64,000 bases of DNA, from positions 451-64,450 of IMG/VR virus record IMGVR_UViG_3300033463_000114; one strand, 5' to 3'. The stretch comes from a virus. Lineage: Duplodnaviria; Caudoviricetes. Shown here piece by piece: positions 45,097-53,984 of the stretch. The notes under the pieces are model-generated. The model was not told where the DNA came from and did no database searches. It saw only the letters and a list, made by a program, of their open reading frames with translations. Within the stretch, counting starts at the first letter, position 1; each line of letters begins with the position of its first letter. A program made the translations under genes and the position numbers.

Positions 45097-46557
45097 CTAC
45101 TCACCTCCATCCGTGCGAATCTTCCTCACGAAGTACATCTTGTCCTCGCGGTCGTCAACGCACATGCAGGACGCCCTCTCGTCGTGAGTCGTCACCGCCG
45201 CGACGCTCTCCGAGAGGTCTATCCGCAGCCCGTTCATCCCCTCGAAGAACAGATGGATGCACCCGTCGTGCTGGCCCGCGATGCAAGTCTCGGGGTGGAA
45301 CGACTGCCATTGGTCCTTCGTGAAGATCTTGTCCGTGAGGTTCGCACACACCGTCCCCGCATCGGCAGAGTTCGCGATCACCATGTAGCCCTCGTTCGAC
45401 GCGTAGTACGCCGCGTTCTTGTACACCAGCACAGAGCGCGGGGACACGCAGGCGGCCGGCCCCGCGAGGCGCGCTGCGGTCATCGTCTCTGGCGCCGTGC
45501 CCGACAGCACCCACGGGAACCCGTCCGTCAGCGCGAACACGCTGTTGCTCGTGGTGGCGAGCGCGACGATGTTGTCCTTGACGTCGTAGCGGTACGCGAC
45601 GGGCCAGCTCGTCACGATGCCGATGTCAGAAAACATGACAGTATGAGGAGAGGACGGCGAAAACGCCGCGTAGAACCCGCCGTCGACATAGACGATGCCC
45701 GAGAGGTCGCCGGGGGGAGACTCGATTCCAGGCTCCGCCTCGCCGAGGGTGGCGGGGTAATACTTCAGCTGGAAACCGCCGACCGTCGTAGCGGTTGTCT
45801 TGGACACCTCGGCTAAGAACTGGATTCCGTCCGCCGACTCGGATGTGCCAGCGGCGGTCGCGTAGATGTACACCTTCTCCGCGCCCGTTGGAAGCGTCAT
45901 CTGCCCGAATTGCACGGTGGACCCGTCGTTCAGCGTGAGCGGCTTCGGCGAAACGTCTCCGTATGCCGCGCCGCCGGTCGCGTCGCTTGCGGGAGAAAGG
46001 CCGCTCTCAAGTCCGTATGCGTCAACCCACGACGCGAAGAAATTGACGTAGTAGATCGTCTTGTCCGTGTCGATTGTCTCGCCTGACTTCAGGGAAACTT
46101 CAGGTGCTTCGAGCGGGGTCTTGTTTATCGTCATCCGCTGGATCGCGTTGGACTGCCGCACGAAGAGGTAGACTGCGGGAGAGTTCGGCCACTCGTTGTT
46201 GTCCGCGTCCGTGAACGGCACGCCAGTCTCTCCCGTCACGAACAGGCGGTCGTACTCGTCCGCCGCGAGATTGCCCTGCGCGACGGAGACGATGCCAGGA
46301 AACGCGAGGAAGTCCACCTTGACGCCGTTGTCCGTTGTGTGCTTCCACGGATAGAGCGTCTTCGCGAGGCCGATCTTCGTGAGCCCGTTCTCCATGTAGA
46401 CCGTATGACTCGATGTCATCTTCTTCGGCTCGCGCAGCGGAACGAGCTTCCCGCTCTTCAGCTTCACGTTGCGGGCGCGCACCGCCATCCCGTCCGCGAG
46501 GAGCGACGGATGCAGGCGCGGCTGGATGCCGCCGAACTTGTCCACTCTGATGTTCAC
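45097..46557 (-). CDS. Tail nozzle / tail tubular protein B, N-terminal part
   Basis: GTG start overlapping prior stop; IRVDKFGGIQPRLHP, WP..YRY, CVS.RS motifs. Confidence 0.7.
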   Translation of the reverse strand: MNIRVDKFGGIQPRLHPSLLADGMAVRARNVKLKSGKLVPLREPKKMTSSHTVYMENGLTKIGLAKTLYPWKHTTDNGVKVDFLAFPGIVSVAQGNLAADEYDRLFVTGETGVPFTDADNNEWPNSPAVYLFVRQSNAIQRMTINKTPLEAPEVSLKSGETIDTDKTIYYVNFFASWVDAYGLESGLSPASDATGGAAYGDVSPKPLTLNDGSTVQFGQMTLPTGAEKVYIYATAAGTSESADGIQFLAEVSKTTATTVGGFQLKYYPATLGEAEPGIESPPGDLSGIVYVDGGFYAAFSPSSPHTVMFSDIGIVTSWPVAYRYDVKDNIVALATTSNSVFALTDGFPWVLSGTAPETMTAARLAGPAACVSPRSVLVYKNAAYYASNEGYMVIANSADAGTVCANLTDKIFTKDQWQSFHPETCIAGQHDGCIHLFFEGMNGLRIDLSESVAAVTTHDERASCMCVDDREDKMYFVRKIRTDGGE

Positions 46558-46892
46558 AGCTGCATCAGCGCCTCCGCGCGCGTCCTGAGGTTTTCGGAAA
46601 TCTGAAGGTTCACGGTGTCCGTCATGTCGAGCTGGTAGACTAGGTGCGCGGCGTACTTCACGACCGCCTCCTCGTGGCGCGGGTCGATGCGGACATCCAC
46701 TTCCACGCCGGGAGTCGGAACCTCCTCGTCGAGCAAGCCGCGCGCGTCGTACTTCTCGGACGGGTTGATGTTGCGGAGATGCCGCACGGCGTCGACGAGA
46801 AAGCCGAAGATCGTGCCCTGCGCGAAGCGGAACTGCTCCTGCGTGTCGTTCACGATCGTCCTCACCTTGTTTTCGAGCATGTCGTATGTCAT
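46554..46892 (-). CDS. Head-tail adaptor / tail tubular protein A-like
   Basis: VRTIVND..RF...DA...NP..A.V.Y helical pattern; directly before nozzle. Confidence 0.6.
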   Translation of the reverse strand: MTYDMLENKVRTIVNDTQEQFRFAQGTIFGFLVDAVRHLRNINPSEKYDARGLLDEEVPTPGVEVDVRIDPRHEEAVVKYAAHLVYQLDMTDTVNLQISENLRTRAEALMQL

Positions 46893-47028
46893 CTTCCGTT
46901 CCTTTCAATAGCCTCCCTGTTTCCGGTCTCTCCGAGCGCGGGAGTCTCTCGTCAATGAAGGCGGCGTATCTCGCCTCGGGCCGATATCGCGATAGCGCGA
47001 CCGTGACGCGCTATCCGGCAGTCGTTTG

Positions 47029-47646
47029 TCATGGCGCGTACTCGCAGTTGCCTCCTGGGCAGTATGAGCAGTTGCCGTCGGCGTCGCATTGGATGGATGT
47101 CGTGCCGTCTGTCACGGTGATCTTCCCGGAGGCCGGATCTGCCGTAACCGTGCTTTTCGAAGCATCGCCGCCCCTCGCCTTGAAGAATGAGACCACCTTC
47201 GAGACGAGCGCGCCGGTGGCGTCCGTCGCGCCTCCAGTCTGAATGGTTGCGTAGGCTTTCGCAACGGCGGCGGCGAGGTTCGCCGATCCATCGAAAATCG
47301 TTTTAACCATTACCACGGCGTTCGTCGAGAGGTCGTGCTCATAGGATCCGACCGACGCCGAGAATGTGCCGTTCGTATAGGTCTCCGCGCGGAAGGCGTT
47401 CAGCGTCCCATGTGCGAACAGTGGCGAACGGGCCGTGACCTCGAACCCTCCACCTGCCATCTGGTATCCGATGGTTATCACCTTGTCTACGCCGTTTACC
47501 TGTCGCACCTCCTTGATGGGCAATGCGACATCAGGATTTTTGGTCCATGTGACGCGGTGTTGGCAGCCCACGAACACGAGCGCGACGCAACCCGTCATAG
47601 CGGCGAGCGCGAGCGCGCAGATGGATTTGATGACTCTCTGTTTCAT
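47029..47646 (-). CDS. Lipoprotein of unknown function in the lysis block
   Basis: Basic N-terminus, hydrophobic stretch, lipobox-like MTGC and FVGC; Cys-rich tail. Confidence 0.65.
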   Translation of the reverse strand: MKQRVIKSICALALAAMTGCVALVFVGCQHRVTWTKNPDVALPIKEVRQVNGVDKVITIGYQMAGGGFEVTARSPLFAHGTLNAFRAETYTNGTFSASVGSYEHDLSTNAVVMVKTIFDGSANLAAAVAKAYATIQTGGATDATGALVSKVVSFFKARGGDASKSTVTADPASGKITVTDGTTSIQCDADGNCSYCPGGNCEYAP

Positions 47647-47664
47647 CTTAGTTCTCCTCTGTTT

Positions 47665-47925
47665 TTATTCGACAATCATCCAATCATCTGAAAGCATGTC
47701 GCTCTGCGACGCAAGCCAGCCAACTTGTTCGCCGAACGTACCGTGGAATACGATAGCGGCACGACCGCTTGTCTGATGGACTGCATCATGCTTGCCATTG
47801 CAATCAACATAGGTGAATTCTGTGCCAAGAGACAGGAATTGCCCCTTGCCATTCCAGCCGAGACGAGCCACCTTCTTGCCATCTTTGAGGGCGCGAATAG
47901 CGTCTCCGAAGTCCATTGTACCCAT
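47665..47925 (-). CDS. tad2: DUF2829 / Thoeris anti-defence 2 (Tad2)-like protein
   Basis: MDFGDAIRALKDGKKVARLGWNGKG...GWLASQSDMLSDDW signature. Confidence 0.85.
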   Translation of the reverse strand: MGTMDFGDAIRALKDGKKVARLGWNGKGQFLSLGTEFTYVDCNGKHDAVHQTSGRAAIVFHGTFGEQVGWLASQSDMLSDDWMIVE

Positions 47926-47975
47926 TTTTCATTCTCCTTTTTTGAGTTGTTAAATAAAACTTTACAACTGAAAAA

Positions 47976-48443
47976 CTACGCGGACGGTTTGCCTGTCTCG
48001 CCCGCGTTCCCGGCACCAGCCGGAAATTGCTTCTTGTACGCCTTGCGCCACGCCGACCGCCCGCCGATACGGCACGCAGTCGCGATTGCGCGCCCCTTCA
48101 ATCGCGCCCAATAGCGCACGGGGTTCCACCACGCATAGGTCGCGTCTGCGATGATGATGCAGTTGCGCTCAAGTTCGTCGTTCGCCGCGCGGAACTTCGC
48201 GTCCGTGCCATCGTTGTCATACTGGAAGCGACAATCGTGAATCACGCATGCGATGGTGTACTCCTTGAGCCACCTGGAGAGCTTCTTCCGCTTGTCCTCG
48301 TCCATCCATTCGGGCCCGATGCCGTTGTACGCCGCGCGAATCTTGCCGAGCGAGAGGTCTGCAAGCCACTCCGCGCCGGAAAGCCCATAGACGCCAGCCG
48401 TGAGGACATACCCCGCCTCGTCGATGTAGTCGTCGCGGCTCAT
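47976..48443 (-). CDS. Phospholipase A2-like (NGxG...CxxHD) protein
   Basis: YNGIGPEW...ACVIHDCRF...AND; coupled to holin-like gene. Confidence 0.5.
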   Translation of the reverse strand: MSRDDYIDEAGYVLTAGVYGLSGAEWLADLSLGKIRAAYNGIGPEWMDEDKRKKLSRWLKEYTIACVIHDCRFQYDNDGTDAKFRAANDELERNCIIIADATYAWWNPVRYWARLKGRAIATACRIGGRSAWRKAYKKQFPAGAGNAGETGKPSA

Positions 48444-48802
48444 TTGATCAACGTCCTCCACGCGGTTATTCCCATCGCGACTGCGCACCCCGCGAGAATT
48501 ACGCGGACGGCCCACGTCACGATTGAGCGGAGGCAATCGCCCCACTTCTGCTTTTCCTCCACGAGACGGCGGTCGATGCCATTCATGCGCTCACCGAAGT
48601 CATGCGCGAGGTTTGAGACGGACGTGTTGATGGCGCGCATCGTCTCCGCACCTTGGCGGAATCCGTCTTGCGTCTCGGAGCGCATCTTTCCGAGGTCATG
48701 CTCGACCTGCGTGAGACGCGAGTCGATATTCTCCACCTTCTTGCGGAGTCCTTCCTGTTGCTCCTTCAAGACGCAACCCTCATCGGTGTTCTTCATGCAC
48801 AT
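48440..48802 (-). CDS. Holin-like coiled-coil protein with C-terminal TM
   Basis: Coiled coil then hydrophobic helix and basic tail; after tail genes. Confidence 0.5.
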   Translation of the reverse strand: MCMKNTDEGCVLKEQQEGLRKKVENIDSRLTQVEHDLGKMRSETQDGFRQGAETMRAINTSVSNLAHDFGERMNGIDRRLVEEKQKWGDCLRSIVTWAVRVILAGCAVAMGITAWRTLIK

Positions 48803-48804
48803 CG

Positions 48805-49305
48805 CTACGCGCCTCCTTCCTGCGGAATCTGCGCGAGGAACGCGTCAATCTCGGCGCGGGTCTTGCCGAGCGCCTGCGCCGCGCCGTTCAAGAGCGCAGT
48901 CCACGCCTCCGCACCGCCGTAGCCTTCCTCGATGTAGTCGCAATCGGTCAATGCCTCCCACGCGGAGTAGCCCTGCGCTATCTCTGTGGTGGAAAGGAAC
49001 TGCCGCGCGGCGGCGAGCATCCCGGCCTTCGCGAGAGCTGTCTTGATGGAGAGGCGCGTCCACCTGCGCGGCGGCGCGGGCGGGTAGGCGCGCACCTCGT
49101 ACTGGCGGACGATTTCGCCGCCCTGCTCGGTCCATCCAGTCGGCACGGCGTAGTGCGCCGCGTCGGTCTGAGGCGGCGTGTCCACCACGCGCTTGTAGCC
49201 CGCTTGCTCGTACTGCGCGTCCGTGGGGTTGCACACCACGGCACCGCCGACGCGGACTGCGCGCGGCGAGGGGTGGAGTTGATTGTCGATTAGGGTTCCG
49301 CACAT
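48805..49305 (-). CDS. Tail fibre assembly / chaperone-like protein
   Basis: NPT...Y..AGY..VVD.P motif; follows RBP. Confidence 0.5.
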   Translation of the reverse strand: MCGTLIDNQLHPSPRAVRVGGAVVCNPTDAQYEQAGYKRVVDTPPQTDAAHYAVPTGWTEQGGEIVRQYEVRAYPPAPPRRWTRLSIKTALAKAGMLAAARQFLSTTEIAQGYSAWEALTDCDYIEEGYGGAEAWTALLNGAAQALGKTRAEIDAFLAQIPQEGGA

Positions 49306-49316
49306 TCTGAAGTCTC

Positions 49317-49970
49317 CTATTTGTCCGGCCCAATCGTGAACGCACCCGTGCCTGCGTTGCGGAAAAGTGCGCCCGAAACGCGGTCGTACATCGCTCCCTC
49401 CGACACGCCGAGTTCGTTCGTGAAGCGAACGGGGATCATGTCTATAACCGCACTTCCAGCATTTGTCATTTTAAATGAGTATAACTTCATCTGAGAAGGA
49501 ACTATTGCCCCGGCCTGGCGATGCGTAGCGAATATGTACATCGTCCTCGTTCCAGCATACTCCGTACTCCATCCCGTAACCGACTGTGACGAACCATTGA
49601 TTACAATAGACGACTTGTCAAACGCGACTGTATACTTCGTGTCCGCTGAATACGAAGGGCGTGGATAAAGAACATTAGAGGTATTTGACCCTGTTGGATA
49701 TACTGGATCAAAAAGACTCCCGTTCCAAAACAGTGCCAATTCTCCGCCGGAGAAAGAGTTTCCATTGCTGGCACCAAAGACGGCTTTGTTTGAAGTCTGA
49801 AGGCCAGCAAAAATAACCTCTATCTTTGTTTCGCCCGTCGCGTAATATCCCGTGTCGATCCATTGCGAACCTTGCGATTGCAGATACTCCACCTCCGCGT
49901 CATAGGGCAGCGGCGGCGTGGGCGCGCCGCGACGCTCGAAGAACTGTCTCGCCGCTGGTCGGAAGCTCAT
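49317..49970 (-). CDS. Receptor-binding protein with lectin/ConA-like domain
   Basis: VEYLQSQGSQWIDTG...DMIPVR...GAMYDRVSG family signature of gut-phage RBPs. Confidence 0.7.
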   Translation of the reverse strand: MSFRPAARQFFERRGAPTPPLPYDAEVEYLQSQGSQWIDTGYYATGETKIEVIFAGLQTSNKAVFGASNGNSFSGGELALFWNGSLFDPVYPTGSNTSNVLYPRPSYSADTKYTVAFDKSSIVINGSSQSVTGWSTEYAGTRTMYIFATHRQAGAIVPSQMKLYSFKMTNAGSAVIDMIPVRFTNELGVSEGAMYDRVSGALFRNAGTGAFTIGPDK

Positions 49971-52273
49971 GTGCCACCTCCCTGCGCGACGATGTTTGCC
50001 TTCTTCAGCGACACATCAAAAATGCCATCATCGGTTTCGGTGAACGAGTAGAGCCACACGCCCGCCTCGTCGGGAACGGGGAAGTCGGTGCCGTCCGTCT
50101 CGTAGGTCAGCGTCTCGCCCGTGGGCGCGGCGAATGTGATTGTCGGCACGGTCGAGCCGCTTATCTCCAGCCGCACGAGGAAGTCGCGCGCATATCCCGG
50201 CACGGCGGCGGGGAGCGTGAGCGTGGTCTCGCCAGTCACCGACACCGCGTTCACCGCGCGGTCGAAGAGGTGGCCGGGGAGTGAGGCGCGCATGGCGGTG
50301 ACAATACCAAACATGCCGCCAGTATCAATATCGACAGACAGCGCAGAAATGGACGTATTGCCAGATGAAAAACTCACGCCATCCACATACAGAATCCAGC
50401 ATCCGTCCTCGAAGATCAAACTTGGATTATCCTCTGCTGACACACCGCTGAACGCCCACTCGCCCGGCGTGACGAGCGCGTAGGGGAGGTCGGACGGCGT
50501 GGCAAAGTCCGACGGCTTCACCCCGCTGTCCGCGAGGTTGCCCTGCGCATTGAGAGCCGCGAGGTTGCCAGCGGCAGACGGCACGGCCTTGTCGGCCTTG
50601 TCCGGCACAGCCGCGATGTTCGCGAGCTGCTGCGCCGTGAGCGCGTCTTGCTTCGCCGCGACCTGCGCCGTCGTGGCATACGGCGTACCGCCGCCGTTCG
50701 GCGCGCCGTCGTTCGTCAACTGCGACGTCTTCGTCGGCGTGATGAGGTGGCGTGACAGTTCAACGCCAGGATTGTTACCCTGCGCCTCTTTCTCCAGACT
50801 GACGCTATCTGCATTGCCACCCAGAAACGCACTAATGGAAATTAAACCGTTAGACAGAGAGGCAAACCATCCGGTCCCGATTTCCGACACCGTGTCCCAC
50901 TCGCACGAAACAAACGTCCACCCATCCGAAATCTCGTCGCAGACCCACTCCGTGAACCCTCCGCGCAGCGCGTCCCCCACCGCCTTCGCGTCAGCCGCCG
51001 CGTCCGAAGTCGTGAGAGTCGCGTCCACGGCGACAAGCCCCTTGCCCGCCTCCTTCTGCACGAAACGACCGTCGGCCGCCGTCTTGTCGTAGTAGTTCGC
51101 TGGGTTGAAGATGTTCGTCAGCGGAATCTCGATGTCCTCAATCCCGGCGTCGGTGTTGAATGAAATCACGAGATTCCCGCCGGATATTTCCACGGAATCC
51201 ACCATTCCGTCCTTGATGAACGCCGTTGCGTCGATCTCGAACAGCACGGTCGTGTCGTGCTTGAACTTGATGCTCTTCGCGTTCGAGTCGTAGACCGCGC
51301 CGTTGACGTACTCCGACAAGTCCTGATGCGCCTGCACCGCCGTGTCGGCCTTGCCGAGGCTGTCCTTCACGGCTTGCGCGAGGTCGCTCTTCGGTATGCC
51401 GCCCTGCGGCTTGTCGTATTTTGCCGTCCACGCCGTCTTCTGCGTCGCCGTGACGTGAATGCCCGTGTTGCCGACATGCTCCGTCACACCGTCTGCAACC
51501 TCGTCAATCGCGGCCTTCACGCCTCTGCTCTTCACCGGATTGTCGCTTTCTGCCGTCGGTATCGCGTCGAACGTCAGCGCGTTCTGCTTCGTCGCGCCCA
51601 TCGCGGAGATTGCGGCGTTCATCTGCGCAGCAGAGACTTCGCCATCAAATAAATCAACAACTGTATCGGTCGTATCGTCTCCGTCGTTCAGCGTGATTGT
51701 CACGCCGTTCTTCGACACCCCGCTAACCACCTTGCCGGTAAACGGTACGGCAGTCAGCTTCATTCCGTTCAACTTCGCAGTCCATCCCGTGACCAACTCC
51801 GTCCAGTCGTCAATCTTCTTCGGCCACTTGTCCAAATCGTACGGAGTCGTGTCGCCGATGCGCTCCGGCCAATACTCCACCTCGTATCTGTCGCGGAAGT
51901 AGAGCGTCCTCGGGTCGTCGGTATCGCCCAGCACGAACATCACCGGCACGCGCAGCATGTGCCGCGCCGCGGCGACCATCCGCGTCGTGTTGAGGTTCAG
52001 CTCGCAGTAGAGGTCGTTCGCGTCATCCGTCGCGGGGGCCCACGCGTCTGCATCCTCGTCCTCCTCCAGCGCCTCCTCCGGCCGAGGAAACACCGCGAGC
52101 GTACGCCCCGTCACGAGGTCGAGCACGCGCAGCGTCAGGTTCGCGCCATTGTCCGTGCCAATCCACTCCGCGCCGCCATTTATGGTGACGGCGACATGCT
52201 CGCCGGCGGCGATCGTTCCCTTGAACCTCGCCGTCTTGTCTGAAACCTTTGGTGTTATCGTAAGTTCCGTCAT
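49967..52273 (-). CDS. Tail fibre protein
   Basis: Fibre modules (LTFDAIPT..SDNPVKS.GV, H..N..IHVT, DATLT....AADAKAVGD); Thr/Ala-rich. Confidence 0.75.
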   Translation of the reverse strand: MTELTITPKVSDKTARFKGTIAAGEHVAVTINGGAEWIGTDNGANLTLRVLDLVTGRTLAVFPRPEEALEEDEDADAWAPATDDANDLYCELNLNTTRMVAAARHMLRVPVMFVLGDTDDPRTLYFRDRYEVEYWPERIGDTTPYDLDKWPKKIDDWTELVTGWTAKLNGMKLTAVPFTGKVVSGVSKNGVTITLNDGDDTTDTVVDLFDGEVSAAQMNAAISAMGATKQNALTFDAIPTAESDNPVKSRGVKAAIDEVADGVTEHVGNTGIHVTATQKTAWTAKYDKPQGGIPKSDLAQAVKDSLGKADTAVQAHQDLSEYVNGAVYDSNAKSIKFKHDTTVLFEIDATAFIKDGMVDSVEISGGNLVISFNTDAGIEDIEIPLTNIFNPANYYDKTAADGRFVQKEAGKGLVAVDATLTTSDAAADAKAVGDALRGGFTEWVCDEISDGWTFVSCEWDTVSEIGTGWFASLSNGLISISAFLGGNADSVSLEKEAQGNNPGVELSRHLITPTKTSQLTNDGAPNGGGTPYATTAQVAAKQDALTAQQLANIAAVPDKADKAVPSAAGNLAALNAQGNLADSGVKPSDFATPSDLPYALVTPGEWAFSGVSAEDNPSLIFEDGCWILYVDGVSFSSGNTSISALSVDIDTGGMFGIVTAMRASLPGHLFDRAVNAVSVTGETTLTLPAAVPGYARDFLVRLEISGSTVPTITFAAPTGETLTYETDGTDFPVPDEAGVWLYSFTETDDGIFDVSLKKANIVAQGGGT

Positions 52274-52704
52274 ACCGCTGGAGCTCCTTCCTTCGGCGCA
52301 TTCGCCGCCTTCAGCACGTCCGCGCGCTCCATTTCGGTCTGCGCGTTGCGTATCTCGCCGACGACGAGCGCAAGGTCTGCGGAATGGAAAAGCAAGTCCT
52401 TCGGGCCTTCGGGCCGCACGATCACGTCAATGCGTATCGGCTCCTTCTCAAGAGCCCTTGAAAGCCCGTCGATGAAAACGTCAAATGCCGCGTCGTCCTG
52501 CGCGGCATTCAGCAGGGGGGCGAGGACGGGAGCAAGCTCCGGCTTGAAGTTCACGAGCATCGTCTCCGCCAGCGCGGGATTCTGTTCAGCCGCATAGACT
52601 GCTCCGAGGCTCATCAGCTTCTTGGCCGACATCGCGGGAAGGCGAGGACAAACCTCCTTGCCGTACCACCTTGCGATTCCCTTTACTATCGCCGCTCTCG
52701 TCAT
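52270..52704 (-). CDS. Hypothetical late protein
   Basis: GGAGG RBS, coupled. Confidence 0.65.
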   Translation of the reverse strand: MTRAAIVKGIARWYGKEVCPRLPAMSAKKLMSLGAVYAAEQNPALAETMLVNFKPELAPVLAPLLNAAQDDAAFDVFIDGLSRALEKEPIRIDVIVRPEGPKDLLFHSADLALVVGEIRNAQTEMERADVLKAANAPKEGAPAV

Positions 52705-52791
52705 TTCCGCCTCCTGCTTGGTTTTGTCCGATACGTCTGGGTCAAGCCCGCCCTAGAAACAGGCTTGGCCCAGACCATCGGGCAAAGCCAC

Positions 52792-53427
52792 TTACGAGCC
52801 AGTGCCGGTCGTTGCCGTGGCCTTGGCCTGAATCTGGTTGAACACGGCCTGCGACGGGCCGAACGCCTGCGGCGTGATGTACGTGCCGAGCATGCCGCCG
52901 AGAGTGGCCTTGAGGTTGGCGTTCTCCGCCTTGAGCGCGCCGACATCCGCAGCCGTCTGCGTGTCGATGAGCTCCTGGCGCTGACGCCACTCGACAAGCG
53001 TCTTCACAACGCCGTCAATCTTGTTGTCGGTGTAGATTTGCGCCTTGAGCTGGCCGTTCTCCGCGAGAAGCGCGTTGTTCTTCTCAAGCATCCCGACGTA
53101 ATCCTTCGTGACGAGATCGCAACCGGGGCCGTTGGAGCCGCCCCAGCCGAAGCCGCGACCGGCAAGTGCGCCGACGACAGGAAGCCCGAGAGCCGCGATT
53201 GCAAGCCCAAGAGCCGTTCCGGTCATGCCACCTCCGCGACCGATGTTGATGTTGCCGCCGAAGCCGCGCATCAAATCGCCGAAGCCGTTGCCATAACCGC
53301 CGTATGCGGGAACCGCCACGGGATAGCCGTAGCCTCCCCAGCCGCCGGGACCGCCATAGCCCCAGCCGAGATTGTTCGGATACTGGTTGATCGTTGTCGA
53401 TCCTTCAGTAGTCTTCTCTTCTGTCAT
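52792..53427 (-). CDS. Gly-rich protein with TM and coiled coil (gut-phage family)
   Basis: GGWGGYGY tract, hydrophobic helix, LKAQIYTDNKI motif. Confidence 0.65.
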   Translation of the reverse strand: MTEEKTTEGSTTINQYPNNLGWGYGGPGGWGGYGYPVAVPAYGGYGNGFGDLMRGFGGNINIGRGGGMTGTALGLAIAALGLPVVGALAGRGFGWGGSNGPGCDLVTKDYVGMLEKNNALLAENGQLKAQIYTDNKIDGVVKTLVEWRQRQELIDTQTAADVGALKAENANLKATLGGMLGTYITPQAFGPSQAVFNQIQAKATATTGTGS

Positions 53428-53477
53428 TCTATGTTCCTTTCTGTTAGGTTCACCGCCTCCAATGCGGAAGCGGAAGT

Positions 53478-53954
53478 TCAGTCCATGTCGTCTTCATCAT
53501 CCACGGAACGCGCGGCTTCGCGGGCGACATCCTCCGCCTCCTTCTCGCAACATCCCCAGCGGCAGTCAATCGCGGCGATTATGGCCTCTGCGGCATCCTC
53601 GTAGGTCTTCGTGCGCATAATGTTCGCAAGAGCCTCTTTCAAGGATTCCTTGTCGCCAGTCACCTTGCGTCCGCCGGAAATCCGCGTCAAGTCCTCGCAC
53701 GCCTCCTTCTTTGCCTTTTCGTACTGCTCACGCTTCGCCTTGTGCGCGGCGCGCTTGCGCTCCTTCATCTTGCGAATCTGCTTGGACGCGCCGTTCGCGC
53801 CTTCCGACTCTTCGCCCTGCATACGGGACATCATCATGGGCGACATGCCGTTTCCCTGCACGTTGCCCTGCATTTCCCATGTGTTCATCCCGTTGCCGCT
53901 TGTCGAGCGATTGCTGTTCTCGCCGTTCTGCATGTTCTCTTGGTTGGTTGCCAT
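53478..53954 (-). CDS. Hypothetical late protein
   Basis: AAAGGAAAAG RBS; Met/Asn/Gly-rich N-terminus. Confidence 0.6.
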   Translation of the reverse strand: MATNQENMQNGENSNRSTSGNGMNTWEMQGNVQGNGMSPMMMSRMQGEESEGANGASKQIRKMKERKRAAHKAKREQYEKAKKEACEDLTRISGGRKVTGDKESLKEALANIMRTKTYEDAAEAIIAAIDCRWGCCEKEAEDVAREAARSVDDEDDMD

Positions 53955-53984
53955 AACTTTTCCTTTCCGGGCGTTCGCCCTAAA

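Noticed and set aside
45095-45099. Stop-codon recoding (TAG readthrough) joining the nozzle halves
   Set aside because: The downstream ORF is in a different frame with its own RBS, and TAG stops elsewhere behave as normal stops
49317-52273. Diversity-generating retroelement acting on the RBP or fibre
   Set aside because: No reverse transcriptase and no TR/VR pair differing at adenines was seen
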